Source of the DNA: Clostridia bacterium
GTDB taxonomy: Bacteria > Bacillota > Clostridia > Oscillospirales > CAG-272
Direction: 5' to 3'
Assembly (NCBI GenBank): GCA_017504405.1
Contig: JAFVRG010000010.1
Span: 1,883-65,882, forward strand
Length of the DNA: 64,000 nucleotides
Part shown: one piece after another, positions 16,422 through 27,567 of the stretch
Layout: every line of letters begins with the position of its first letter
Numbering within the stretch: position 1 is the first letter of the stretch
The notes under the pieces: generated by a model
What the model was told of the DNA's origin: nothing
What the model saw: only the letters and a program-made list of their open reading frames with translations
Database searches by the model: none
Program-made: the position numbers and the translations under genes

Positions 16422-17453
16422 TTATTTCGTATTCAAAACACGCCGTATCATCCACTGAGCATCGCCCATTGCATTCAAGACGTTTAATTTAATATTTGGG
16501 TTTTTACCCTGCCACACCACAAACAGCTCATGAACAAACGCTTGACCAAGCTCTTCAACGCCCGCGAAATCAAGGTCTGCCTCCTCAAAGCTGAGAAGGA
16601 GCTCGCCCAATCTGCGTGCCTCGGAGCGTGATACGGGATATCCGTTCTGGAAAAAGTGCGCTACCGGAATAGATGTTTTTATAAACCCCTCGTCTACGGT
16701 TGAAAATCTGTCGAACACCTCTCTTGAGGTTTTTTTACTGTAATTGTTGAGCGACATTATTACCAATGTTCCGTTGCTTTCCTCGGCTTCACGTCCGCCG
16801 TAATTCTCCCAATCATCCTTAAAATTATCTCTGACAAACACAGCACGGTCGGAAAAAATCATAAAACTATCCATAAGGTGAGATGTGAAGAATATCCCCT
16901 CGCCTGAATGAGCGCTTTTATTGGTAGTGAACTTTCCCGCAAGCAAAATTGAGGCACATTCCGCAAGAGGTGTATCCTCCCCCCTCTCGCTTAAAATGAA
17001 GTTTCTGATGTTTTTGAATATACCTATTCCGTTGTCAAATATGTGCACCTCGGTTTTGACCGCATCTCTTGTCACTCTCACCTCAATTATGTCGGATTTT
17101 GAATGTTCTATCGCATTATTCATCATTTCGCAGAAGGCATACTGCCATATACGGAAGACGTTTTTGGGCAAATCCGAAAGCATAGGCTCAATATCCGACG
17201 CAAATACTCTCGCCTCGTCCAATTTGCCGTTATTGGCGTATGAAAAATCCTTTTGGGTAAAAGCGAGGTAATACTCATTTTTATTCTCATGCTTATATAC
17301 CGTTCCCTCGTCGAGCAGCTCCTTCAAATAATTATAAACAGTAGACTTTGATTTGCCGAAATTCTCAACGGTTTTCGCCACCACTGCCGCATCATTAACA
17401 GAAATCAAGCCCAACATATACTGCTTTATCAATTCCTTGGTTGTATCTCTCAT
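16422..17453 (-). CDS. Fusion protein: N-terminal winged-HTH, GHKL (HATPase_c) ATPase/kinase-like core, C-terminal STAS-like (DUF4325-type) domain
   Basis: STVYNYLKELLDEGTV (wHTH). EMMNNAIEHS (N box), FDNGIGIF (G1) and SGEGIFF (G2). The C-terminal LDFAGVEELGQAFVHELF matches the STAS-like DUF4325 pattern as I recall it. Confidence 0.6.
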   Translation of the reverse strand: MRDTTKELIKQYMLGLISVNDAAVVAKTVENFGKSKSTVYNYLKELLDEGTVYKHENKNEYYLAFTQKDFSYANNGKLDEARVFASDIEPMLSDLPKNVFRIWQYAFCEMMNNAIEHSKSDIIEVRVTRDAVKTEVHIFDNGIGIFKNIRNFILSERGEDTPLAECASILLAGKFTTNKSAHSGEGIFFTSHLMDSFMIFSDRAVFVRDNFKDDWENYGGREAEESNGTLVIMSLNNYSKKTSREVFDRFSTVDEGFIKTSIPVAHFFQNGYPVSRSEARRLGELLLSFEEADLDFAGVEELGQAFVHELFVVWQGKNPNIKLNVLNAMGDAQWMIRRVLNTK

Positions 17454-17554
17454 TTCCGCCTCCTTGAAATAATTATTACAGAAATTCTATCACATTATTC
17501 CAACAAAGTCAATATTTTTTCCAAATATTGCGAAAAACATTCCAAAATTTCCTG

Positions 17555-18433
17555 CTATATAAACTGCGACAGCTCGTGCTGGATTTTCTCATAAAGGGTG
17601 CGGGATATGGGCGTCAGGGGCAGGCGCAGCTCGTTCTCGCAGAGCCCGAGCATTGACAGCGCCGCCTTTATAGGCGCAGGGCTGGTATCCTCGAACATCA
17701 TGTGCATAATAGCTGTCATTGAGCGTTGGATAGACGTTGCCTTGTTCTGCTCGCCCGACCTGTACGCACGGCACATTTCAACACATTTTTTCGGTAGGGC
17801 GTTCGATATTACCGATATAACGCCCGAGCCGCCAACCGACATTATCGGCAACGTCATCGTATCGTTTCCGCTGTATATTGCGAGGGCGGGGAAATTCGAT
17901 GAAATATCGAGCGCCTTATCAATATTGGGGCTCGCTTCCTTTATTCCTACAATGTTTTCCTCACGGTAGATTTTATCGAGTGTGTCGAGCGTTATATCCA
18001 CCCCCGTCCTTGTCGGTACGTTATAAACTATCACGGGCTTGTCGGTCGCATTGGCTATGCGTTTATAGTATTCCGCTATGCCGTTTTTCGTTCCTTTATT
18101 ATAAAATGGCGTGATAACGAGCAGGGCGTCTGCACCGTGCGCCGCCGCAAAGCGTGACTGCTCCATAGCACGTGGAAAAACCAGTGAGCCTGTGCCAACT
18201 ATCATTTTCGCCCTGCCGTCAATCAGCTCGGCGCACCTGTCAATCAGCCTGTGCGTTTCCGCATCGGTGAGGGCGGGCGACTCGCCCGTCGTGCCGCAGA
18301 CGACTATCGCCTCAACACCGCCGTCTATCTGGTATTCTATCATTTTTTCAAGGGCGCAGAAGTCCACCTCACCGCCCGAAAAGGGGGTTGCGAGGGCGGT
18401 TGCCACGCCGTCAAATATCTTCTTTTTTTTCAT
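17555..18433 (-). CDS. dapA: 4-hydroxy-tetrahydrodipicolinate synthase
   Basis: Start moved to 18433 (MKKKKIFDGVATALATPF). GTTGESPAL, YNVP and IVGIKEAS motifs are present. The 336-aa extension is rejected. Confidence 0.9.
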   Translation of the reverse strand: MKKKKIFDGVATALATPFSGGEVDFCALEKMIEYQIDGGVEAIVVCGTTGESPALTDAETHRLIDRCAELIDGRAKMIVGTGSLVFPRAMEQSRFAAAHGADALLVITPFYNKGTKNGIAEYYKRIANATDKPVIVYNVPTRTGVDITLDTLDKIYREENIVGIKEASPNIDKALDISSNFPALAIYSGNDTMTLPIMSVGGSGVISVISNALPKKCVEMCRAYRSGEQNKATSIQRSMTAIMHMMFEDTSPAPIKAALSMLGLCENELRLPLTPISRTLYEKIQHELSQFI

Positions 18434-18521
18434 AATAACCTCTCTTGTTAAAAAAGTGCTTGAAATTGTCTTCAAAAAATTGTATAATACATAGTATATG
18501 AGTGAAACGGAGGGTGCGACA

Positions 18522-19610
18522 ATGGCAGACACGGTAAAAATGATAGAAAACGAGCGTGTACACACCGATTTGAAAACACACGATTTTTATTATGCTCTGC
18601 CCGAGGAGCTGATAGCACAGACGCCGTCGGAGAGGCGTGATTTCTCACGGCTGATGGTGCTTGACCGAAAAAGCGAGGACTGTTCGGTTGAACACAGACA
18701 TTTTTACGACGTTATCGACTACCTTAACCCTGAGGACGTGCTGGTCGTAAACTCCTCCCGTGTAATCCCTGCACGCCTGCTCGGCGTTACCGATAAAACG
18801 GGGGCGTCTATCGAGCTTTTGCTCCTCAAAATGCTCGAAAACGGCGAATGGGAGACCCTCGTGCGCCCTGGCAAGAGGGCTAAGGTGGGTGCATCATTTA
18901 CCTTCGGCGAGGGCGCTCTGCGAGCAACCGTCACCGATATAACCGAGGGCGGAAACAGGACTGTGAAATTTGAATACTCGGATAAATTTTCAAGCATATA
19001 CGAGGCGCTCGACTGTGTTGGAAATATGCCCCTGCCCCCCTATATAACCGAAAAGCTCGCCGACAGCGAGCGTTACCAGACGGTGTACGCAAAGGAGCGT
19101 GGCTCTGCCGCCGCACCTACTGCGGGGCTTCATTTCACGCCCGAGCTGATTGAGAAAATAAAGGCAAAGGGCGTGGGCTTTTGCGAGGTTACTCTGCACG
19201 TGGGGCTCGGCACGTTCCGTCCCGTCAAGGAAGAGGATATCGAGGCACACCTTATGCATTCCGAGCATTTTTCGATAAGCCGTGAGGTAGCCGAGGAAAT
19301 AAACAAACGCCGTGCAAACGGTGGAAGAATTATCGCAGTCGGCACAACCGCCTGCCGTGTGCTCGAAAGTGCGAGCGCACCCGACGGCACTCTGTCGGAA
19401 ATGAATGCAGACACGAAAATTTTCATATACCCCGGGTATAAATTCAAGGCGGTTGATGCTCTGATTACGAATTTCCACCTACCCGAGAGCACGCTCATTA
19501 TGCTGGTCAGCGCACTTGCGGGCAAGGATAGGATTATGAAGGCATACGAGAGCGCCGTAAATGAAAAATACAGATTTTTTTCATTCGGCGATGCAATGCT
19601 CATCCTGTGA
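18522..19610 (+). CDS. queA: S-adenosylmethionine:tRNA ribosyltransferase-isomerase
   Basis: The ATG at 18522 has GGAGGGTG upstream. [36 protein letters not shown] and [10 protein letters not shown] are QueA blocks. The exact start is uncertain (18498, 18522 or 18540). Confidence 0.9.
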   Translation: MADTVKMIENERVHTDLKTHDFYYALPEELIAQTPSERRDFSRLMVLDRKSEDCSVEHRHFYDVIDYLNPEDVLVVNSSRVIPARLLGVTDKTGASIELLLLKMLENGEWETLVRPGKRAKVGASFTFGEGALRATVTDITEGGNRTVKFEYSDKFSSIYEALDCVGNMPLPPYITEKLADSERYQTVYAKERGSAAAPTAGLHFTPELIEKIKAKGVGFCEVTLHVGLGTFRPVKEEDIEAHLMHSEHFSISREVAEEINKRRANGGRIIAVGTTACRVLESASAPDGTLSEMNADTKIFIYPGYKFKAVDALITNFHLPESTLIMLVSALAGKDRIMKAYESAVNEKYRFFSFGDAMLIL

Positions 19611-19620
19611 AGGATGAGCT

Positions 19621-19728
19621 AATGAATAATGAAGGCGCTTCGCCGATGAATAATGAAAAATGAATGAAGATTTTCGCCAAAGCGAAAATCAACCGAAATT
19701 ATTCATTATTCACTATTCATTATTCATT
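19621..19728. repeat. Hairpin array C: nested inverted repeats of AATGAATAATGAA around short hairpins
   Basis: 19621-19633 AATGAATAATGAA is the exact reverse complement of 19716-19728. 19645-19657 pairs over 11 nt with 19702-19713. Hairpins lie at 19634-19644 and 19670-19689 (8 bp). A 9-bp hairpin at 19598-19619 spans the queA stop. Confidence 0.75.
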
Positions 19729-19781
19729 TCTCCCGTATGCGGAAAAAGAATAAATAATAAATTTGGATAAAGGATTTATTT

Positions 19782-20225
19782 ATGTCAGAAAATAATATGA
19801 ACGGGCGGTATCTCGGCGTTGATTACGGCGACGTGCGCACAGGACTCTCGCAGACGGACATAACACGCTATCTTGCGAGCGGAATCGGGTATATAAAGCC
19901 CGGCGGAATGAGGCATACAGCCGTGGCTGTTGCCGAAAAGGCTCGTGAAATCGGCGCTGTCAAAATAGTTGTGGGACTGCCGAAGAACATGAACGGCAGT
20001 GAGGGCGAGCGTGCCGAAAAGGTACGTGCGTTTGCCGAGCTTTTGCGTGAAGAAACCGATATTCCTATTGATTTTATGGACGAGAGGCTGACAACGGTTG
20101 AGGCGTACAACTACCTCAACGCAACCGACACCGCATCGAGAAAGCGCAAAGGGGTTATAGATACACTCTCCGCCGAGATAATGCTGCAAAACTATATTGA
20201 CAGGGAAAAGGCGCAAAAAAGATAA
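19782..20225 (+). CDS. ruvX: Holliday junction resolvase-like / pre-16S rRNA nuclease (YqgF family)
   Basis: YLGVDYGDVRTGLS, VVGLPKNMNGSEG, DERLTT and AAEIMLQNYID are YqgF/RuvX signatures. Confidence 0.85.
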   Translation: MSENNMNGRYLGVDYGDVRTGLSQTDITRYLASGIGYIKPGGMRHTAVAVAEKAREIGAVKIVVGLPKNMNGSEGERAEKVRAFAELLREETDIPIDFMDERLTTVEAYNYLNATDTASRKRKGVIDTLSAEIMLQNYIDREKAQKR

Positions 20226-20312
20226 AATTAAACACAAAGGTCACAAAAACGACATATTTTTGCGGTACAATTAAACTGACTTAATCATCAAAAATCCGAG
20301 AGGAGCTATACA

Positions 20313-21821
20313 ATGAGCGATAAGGACTTTGACATAGAAAACGAGAACGCCGAGGAAAGCAAGGCGGGTTCGGAAAACGAAAAAAGCACAGAAAACAACG
20401 TAGCGCCCGCACAAAAAACCGAGGACACAGGTAGCGGTAATTCCGAGAATACGCAGGAAAACGGGCAGGAGAGCCGTGAGGAAAATTCGGGTCTTTACGG
20501 AAACGATTTCTTCAATCCTAATCCAAATCAAAAAGGATACCAAAGCAACCCCTACAATTCGGGAAATCAAGGTAACCCATACAATTCGGGAAATCAGGGC
20601 AACCCATACAATTCGGGAAATTCCTATAACCCCTATAATCCCTATTCGGGCAACTCCTATAACCCGTACAGACAGCCAAAGCCCAAAAAGCCCAAGAATC
20701 CGTACACGCTGTTAACGGTATTCGTGGTAGTGGGGCTGATACTCTCGCTCGGTATGGGAATTGTAGGAATGGTGATAGGCTCTGCCATAACCTCATCGGA
20801 TTATGAGGATAAGCTCGCCAAGGTCAACCAAGTAATCAACATACAAACCAACACAGTTGAGAAGAACCCCACCGAGGCAGGCACGTCCTCATGGGTATTT
20901 GAGGAATGCCGTGACAGCGTTGTAGCAATAACCACGAACCTCGGAACAGGCTCAGGCGTGTTCGTCAGCGTACAGCATCAGAATGCCCCCGAGCCCTATG
21001 CGTATATCATTACTGCAAACCACGTTGTCAGCGGTGCTACCTCGATAAAGGTGCAAACCTATGACGGACGTGAATACGTTGCAGAGTCTATGGGCGGTGA
21101 CGCCTGGACGGATATTGCGCTCATAAGGATAGTTGTAGACCAAAGTTCGGTATATAAGCCAAAGGCACTCGCAACAGGTACGGACTACGTCAATATGGGC
21201 GAGGAAATAGTCGTTATCGGCAATCCCTTGGGCGAGCTGACGTGGAGCGTTTCGACGGGAGTTGTCAGCGGTCTTAACCGAGAGGTGTACCTTGACGGCT
21301 ACAAAATGAACCTTATGCAGATAGATGCGGCAATCAACCCCGGCAACTCGGGCGGCGCCGTATTCGATATGCACGGAAATTTAGTTGCTATAGTCAATGC
21401 AAAGACCGTGACAACGGGTGTTGAGGGTATCGGCTATGCTATTCCCGCTCCCGATGCGCTGAACGTTATAAATCAGCTGCTCACAAACGGCGGCTACGTT
21501 TCGGGCAGACCCTACCTCGGCATCGGATTTTCGGGTGTAAACAACGTAAACGTGGCAGGTGCGTACCAGTTCTCGGGATATATGATTACGAGCTATGCAT
21601 TCGGTGACCAGCTCAAATACGGCGATTTGCTGGTTTCAATTGACGGTACGGCTCTCGTTGACGCCTCGCAGATAATACAAACGCTCTCGCAGAAGAATAT
21701 CGGTGATAGCATAACCTTCACGGTTATAAGGCTCAACACGCAGACAAACACCTATCCGTTTGCAACGCTTGACGTTACGGTTACTATTCACAGCATCGAC
21801 GATTATCACAATCTCGGCTGA
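20313..21821 (+). CDS. Membrane-anchored trypsin-like serine protease (HtrA/DegP-like, S1C) with a low-complexity N-terminus and a C-terminal PDZ-like region
   Basis: NPYNSGNQG repeats, a TM segment LLTVFVVVGLILSLGMGIVGMVIG, histidine block ITANHVV, and serine block GNSGGAVFD. Confidence 0.8.
   Translation: MSDKDFDIENENAEESKAGSENEKSTENNVAPAQKTEDTGSGNSENTQENGQESREENSGLYGNDFFNPNPNQKGYQSNPYNSGNQGNPYNSGNQGNPYNSGNSYNPYNPYSGNSYNPYRQPKPKKPKNPYTLLTVFVVVGLILSLGMGIVGMVIGSAITSSDYEDKLAKVNQVINIQTNTVEKNPTEAGTSSWVFEECRDSVVAITTNLGTGSGVFVSVQHQNAPEPYAYIITANHVVSGATSIKVQTYDGREYVAESMGGDAWTDIALIRIVVDQSSVYKPKALATGTDYVNMGEEIVVIGNPLGELTWSVSTGVVSGLNREVYLDGYKMNLMQIDAAINPGNSGGAVFDMHGNLVAIVNAKTVTTGVEGIGYAIPAPDALNVINQLLTNGGYVSGRPYLGIGFSGVNNVNVAGAYQFSGYMITSYAFGDQLKYGDLLVSIDGTALVDASQIIQTLSQKNIGDSITFTVIRLNTQTNTYPFATLDVTVTIHSIDDYHNLG
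20547..20668 (+). repeat. In-frame 27-bp tandem repeats (NPYNSGNQG units) inside the protease gene
   Basis: AACCC(C/A)TACAATTCGGGAAATCA(A/G)GG(T/C) repeated at 20547, 20574 and 20601, followed by degenerate NPY units. Confidence 0.8.
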
Positions 21822-21844
21822 TTCAACCGTATAAAACGAAAGAA

Positions 21845-21882
21845 TATGCGCTTTTTGAAAAAAGCTTAGCAAAAACTTTTGT
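21845..21882 (+). repeat. Dispersed copy of the 3'-UTR element CGCTTTTTGAAAAAAGCTTAGCAAAAACTTTT
   Basis: The core starts at 21849, 28 nt after the protease stop and just before the terminator. It is near-identical to copies at 24850 and 34231/34286/34341/34395. Confidence 0.8.
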
Positions 21883-21888
21883 AAAGAT

Positions 21889-21916
21889 AAAAAAGCCCTC
21901 CCTGAGGGCTTTTTTA
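21889..21916. terminator. Bidirectional rho-independent terminator
   Basis: AAAAAAGCCCTC cct GAGGGCTTTTTT between the convergent protease gene and ligA. Confidence 0.85.
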
Positions 21917-21924
21917 TATGCAAT

Positions 21925-23988
<2,064 letters not shown>

Positions 23989-24013
23989 TCAATTAAAATA
24001 CAAATATCCTTGC

Positions 24014-24042
24014 TTGACAAAGTGCAAGTTGCATTTTATAAT
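24014..24042 (+). promoter_or_regulatory. Consensus sigma-A promoter for the SDR gene
   Basis: TTGACA (24014-24019), a 17-nt spacer, TATAAT (24037-24042). It lies 29 nt upstream of the ATG at 24071. Confidence 0.6.
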
Positions 24043-24070
24043 AGATTATGAAAGAAAAGGGGGTGCTGTT

Positions 24071-24817
24071 ATGGATATTGGAGTAGCCGTTGGCGGTACG
24101 GGCGGTATCTGCCGTTACCTCATTGAGAAAATCAGAGAGTCGGGAGAGGTTGGAGAAATATGGCTCCTTACCCGAAGCGCAGAGCGTGCGGGCACCGTTT
24201 TCCCCGACAGCGGTAAGGGCTTCATTCGTGTTATCGAGTGCGATTTCTCACGCCCGTATGAGCTGTTGAGCGAGATGCTCGGGGACGGCGAATACGAGGT
24301 AAAGTGGCTCTTAAACGGAGCGGGGGTCGGACTTATCGCCGACGTGCGTGACACGCCATGCGCCGATGCCGAGAATATGATACGGGTTAACTGCACGCTC
24401 CCGAGCGCTGTCATATCTGCCGTTTTGCCGTATATGAAAAGCGGGGCGCATATTGTGAATTTTGCGAGTGCGGCGGCGTTCTGCCCTCAGCCTCATTTTT
24501 TGGTCTATGCGGCAACAAAGGCGTATATTCTCTCCTATTCACGTGCTCTCGGGCGGGAGCTGAAAAAAGAAAAAATCAGCGTAACCGCAGTATGCCCAGG
24601 ACCCGTTGATACCGAATTTATATCAAAAATCGAGCGTGACAGAAAAATATATCCGAAAAAGAAACGGGCAATGGCAAACCCCCGTGCGGTTGCAAATCAC
24701 GCCTACAAATGCGCAAAAAAGGGACGGGCGGTTGCCGTTTATTCGATTAAAATGAAGCTGGCGCATATCGCTTGCAAGACGCTTCCCACCTCACTCGTTA
24801 TGAAATTCTTCGACTAA
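24071..24817 (+). CDS. SDR family oxidoreductase
   Basis: Start at 24071 (MDIGVAVGGTGGICRYL) with AAAGGGGGTG upstream. YAATKAY gives the YxxxK motif. The longer 23879 start runs through the promoter. Confidence 0.8.
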   Translation: MDIGVAVGGTGGICRYLIEKIRESGEVGEIWLLTRSAERAGTVFPDSGKGFIRVIECDFSRPYELLSEMLGDGEYEVKWLLNGAGVGLIADVRDTPCADAENMIRVNCTLPSAVISAVLPYMKSGAHIVNFASAAAFCPQPHFLVYAATKAYILSYSRALGRELKKEKISVTAVCPGPVDTEFISKIERDRKIYPKKKRAMANPRAVANHAYKCAKKGRAVAVYSIKMKLAHIACKTLPTSLVMKFFD

Positions 24818-24845
24818 TGCCTACGCAGAACAGACGCTTGCAGAA

Positions 24846-24882
24846 TAGTCGCTTTTTGAAAAAAGCTCAGCAAAAACTTTAT
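24846..24882 (+). repeat. Dispersed copy of the 3'-UTR element CGCTTTTTGAAAAAAGCTCAGCAAAAACTTTA
   Basis: The core starts at 24850, 33 nt after the SDR stop and just before the terminator. Confidence 0.8.
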
Positions 24883-24888
24883 AAAAGG

Positions 24889-24917
24889 AAAAAGCAGACC
24901 AAAAGGTCTGCTTTTTA
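24889..24917. terminator. Bidirectional rho-independent terminator
   Basis: AAAAAGCAGACC aaaa GGTCTGCTTTTT between the convergent SDR and GH3 genes. Confidence 0.85.
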
Positions 24918-24930
24918 TATTTTATGAATT

Positions 24931-27567
24931 TTAGCCGAATATACGGGTATATTTAAGCATTACCTTTACCAGGTGCTTGATGTTGTCACGCAGACGGTGG
25001 ATATTAACCTTACCGCTCTTGACACCCTCAACTATGGGGGCGGTGTGAGTATCGTCGGGCTCGCCCGGAGTCAACCAGCAGTTACCGTTGGCAACCGCCA
25101 TAACGTGGTCTGCGGTTTCATATGAATTCCAATCTGTCATAATAAAGCCGTCAAAGCCCATTTCCTCACGGAAGATGCCGAGCATCAGCTCGGAGTCGGT
25201 TGCCGTGTAGAGGTCGTTTGCCGCATTGTACGAGGTCATAAGACCGTCGGCGCGGCAGATTCTCATAGCAATGTCAAAGGGTTTTACGTACATCTCACGC
25301 AAAGTGCGCTCATCTATTATAGCGTGTGTTCTGAATCTGGATATTTCGTTATTGTTGGCTATCACGTGCTTATAGACCGCAGACACCTTGTTATCCTGAA
25401 GTCCCTTTGCGTGGTATCCCGCCATAATTCCCGTCAGCACGGGGTCCTCCGAGAAATACTCAGGGTTTCGTCCGCACAGCGGAGCACGGTGCATATTCAT
25501 TCCGGGTGCAAGGCTCATATGAACACCCTCGTCAAAGGACTCCTCGGCAATTACTCTGCCGACGGTATATACAAGCTCACGGTTAAAGCTTGCGCAGACC
25601 ATATTACTGCACGGCATACCTGTGGTACGCTTATGCATACGCAAGCAGGAGTTTCCGTCCGCCGCATAGAAATTCTTGAAGCCGTACTTTTCAATCGGGT
25701 AAACCGAGCCGGCAACGCCGTTTGCGTCAATAGACCACGCACACGCACATACGTTGAGACGGGCAAGCTCCTCAACGCTCATCTGAGCGATAAAGCTATC
25801 GAGCAGGTCGGGATTCTTTTCCACATCCTCATAGTAAATGGTTTCGCCGTTATATTCGGGCAAAACAGGCGCATCGAATACCTTGCGCTCGGTTTTCGGC
25901 ATAAAGGGAATATTCCTCTCAAAGTCAATGGACGTCATTCCCTTCGGGCTTATCCCCTTTTTCTTTGACATAACGTCAAACTTCTCTTTGGGCACGCAGT
26001 AGCTGTGGAGCTGTTTAACCAACTTTTCCTCTGCGAGCGTTACCGAGTAAACTCTTTCGATAGCGTTTACGTTTTCTCCGAGGAAAAATACGTAATCGCC
26101 CTTCTCCATTACCATAGCAGCAAGCTCGGTGTCGTATGAGGAAAGCTCTAAATTATCAACCGTAAAGGTGATCACCTCGCTCTCGCCGACGGCAAGCTCC
26201 CTCGTCTTTTGGAAGTCAACGAGCTCGTGGGCGCATTTCTCTATTCTGCCGTCAGGCTTGCTGACGTAGAGCTGAAGCACCTGCTTGCCCTCTCGGTTGC
26301 CCGTATTCTTCACCTCTGCCCTGAGTGTCAGGCGCTCGCCGTCATACTCTGCGCTAAGGTATTTGTACTCGAAATCGGTATAGGAAAGTCCGTATCCGAA
26401 GGGATAGGCAACAGGCACACCGTATGTATCGAAATAACGGTAGCCGACGTACATTCCCTCCTCATAGTAAACCTGTATGCTGGGGTTCTGATTTTCCTCG
26501 TTATCCAAAGCCCTGCAATCAGGATAGTTCTTTGCTACGGGGTGATCGTAGTAGTCAAGAGCCCACGTATCGGTTAGTCTGCCTGAGGGGTTAACAGTGC
26601 CGTTCAATATCTCTGCGAGAACTCTGCCCGCATACTGTCCGCCGTAGGAAAACCACAAAGCTCCCTTGATATTGTATTTGTCTATGAATTTAACGTCAAT
26701 CGTGTAGCCGACGTTTAGTATTACAACGGTCTTTTCAAAAATCTCGGATACTGCGGCAATGAGCCTCTCCTCGATATCGGAAAGATAGTATCCGCCCTTA
26801 TCCGCTCTATTGTCGAAATTTTCCTTTGAGCCACGGCATAAAGAGACAACCGCAATATCGCTGAACTGTCTTGCTCTTTCGAGCATTTCCCTGTCGGGAA
26901 CCGTTCCGAATTCGTATTCGTAGTAGTGACGAAGCTCCTCGTTTAACTCAAATCCGCCGTGCTCGGTCATTCCGCCGATAAAGCCGGCACTGAATCGGGG
27001 ATTGATGCATCCGGCGCCGCCTACCATATTGAAAAAGCGGTAGTAGACTTCTCCGAAAACGTTGATTTTTTTGTTTACAAGAGGAAGAATGCCGCCCTCA
27101 TTTTTGAGAAGCACCGCACCCTCTCTCGCAACCTTGAGCGTCTGTTCATCGTGCTCGTCGTATTTGTAATCCGCCGTTTTTTCCATTTTAACGCAGTCGA
27201 ACACCGTTTCCGTCGAGGGAAATTCCTCGCCGTCCGCCGTTCTGAATCCCGATATCTCTACGGTATAGGTGACTCCCTCTACCATATGTACACGGCGCAT
27301 ATCCACCGCCAGCTTTAACGGACGCCAGTTTCCTCTGTCGGGAATCCACGTTTTATACGGAACCTCCTCGCCGTTAACGGTTACCTTTCCCTTGACACTC
27401 ATATCCATATCAACTGGAGCGTAATCGTTATTTTTATCCGTGAAGGACCATACGTGATATCCTTCAAGGGCACCCACAGCCTCCCACGAGGTTCCGTATA
27501 CGTTGTTTACGTCGTGATAGCGTCTTCCTGAGCCGTATAAAAACAGCTCTCTTTCTTTATTATTCAT
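24931..27567 (-). CDS. Glycoside hydrolase family 3 protein with the catalytic barrel at the C-terminal end
   Basis: 878 aa. KHVIANNNE, SEDPVLTG and GFDGFIMTDWNS (nucleophile Asp motif) lie in the last third. An alpha/beta sandwich and an Fn3-like region lie upstream of them. Confidence 0.75.
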   Translation of the reverse strand: MNNKERELFLYGSGRRYHDVNNVYGTSWEAVGALEGYHVWSFTDKNNDYAPVDMDMSVKGKVTVNGEEVPYKTWIPDRGNWRPLKLAVDMRRVHMVEGVTYTVEISGFRTADGEEFPSTETVFDCVKMEKTADYKYDEHDEQTLKVAREGAVLLKNEGGILPLVNKKINVFGEVYYRFFNMVGGAGCINPRFSAGFIGGMTEHGGFELNEELRHYYEYEFGTVPDREMLERARQFSDIAVVSLCRGSKENFDNRADKGGYYLSDIEERLIAAVSEIFEKTVVILNVGYTIDVKFIDKYNIKGALWFSYGGQYAGRVLAEILNGTVNPSGRLTDTWALDYYDHPVAKNYPDCRALDNEENQNPSIQVYYEEGMYVGYRYFDTYGVPVAYPFGYGLSYTDFEYKYLSAEYDGERLTLRAEVKNTGNREGKQVLQLYVSKPDGRIEKCAHELVDFQKTRELAVGESEVITFTVDNLELSSYDTELAAMVMEKGDYVFFLGENVNAIERVYSVTLAEEKLVKQLHSYCVPKEKFDVMSKKKGISPKGMTSIDFERNIPFMPKTERKVFDAPVLPEYNGETIYYEDVEKNPDLLDSFIAQMSVEELARLNVCACAWSIDANGVAGSVYPIEKYGFKNFYAADGNSCLRMHKRTTGMPCSNMVCASFNRELVYTVGRVIAEESFDEGVHMSLAPGMNMHRAPLCGRNPEYFSEDPVLTGIMAGYHAKGLQDNKVSAVYKHVIANNNEISRFRTHAIIDERTLREMYVKPFDIAMRICRADGLMTSYNAANDLYTATDSELMLGIFREEMGFDGFIMTDWNSYETADHVMAVANGNCWLTPGEPDDTHTAPIVEGVKSGKVNIHRLRDNIKHLVKVMLKYTRIFG

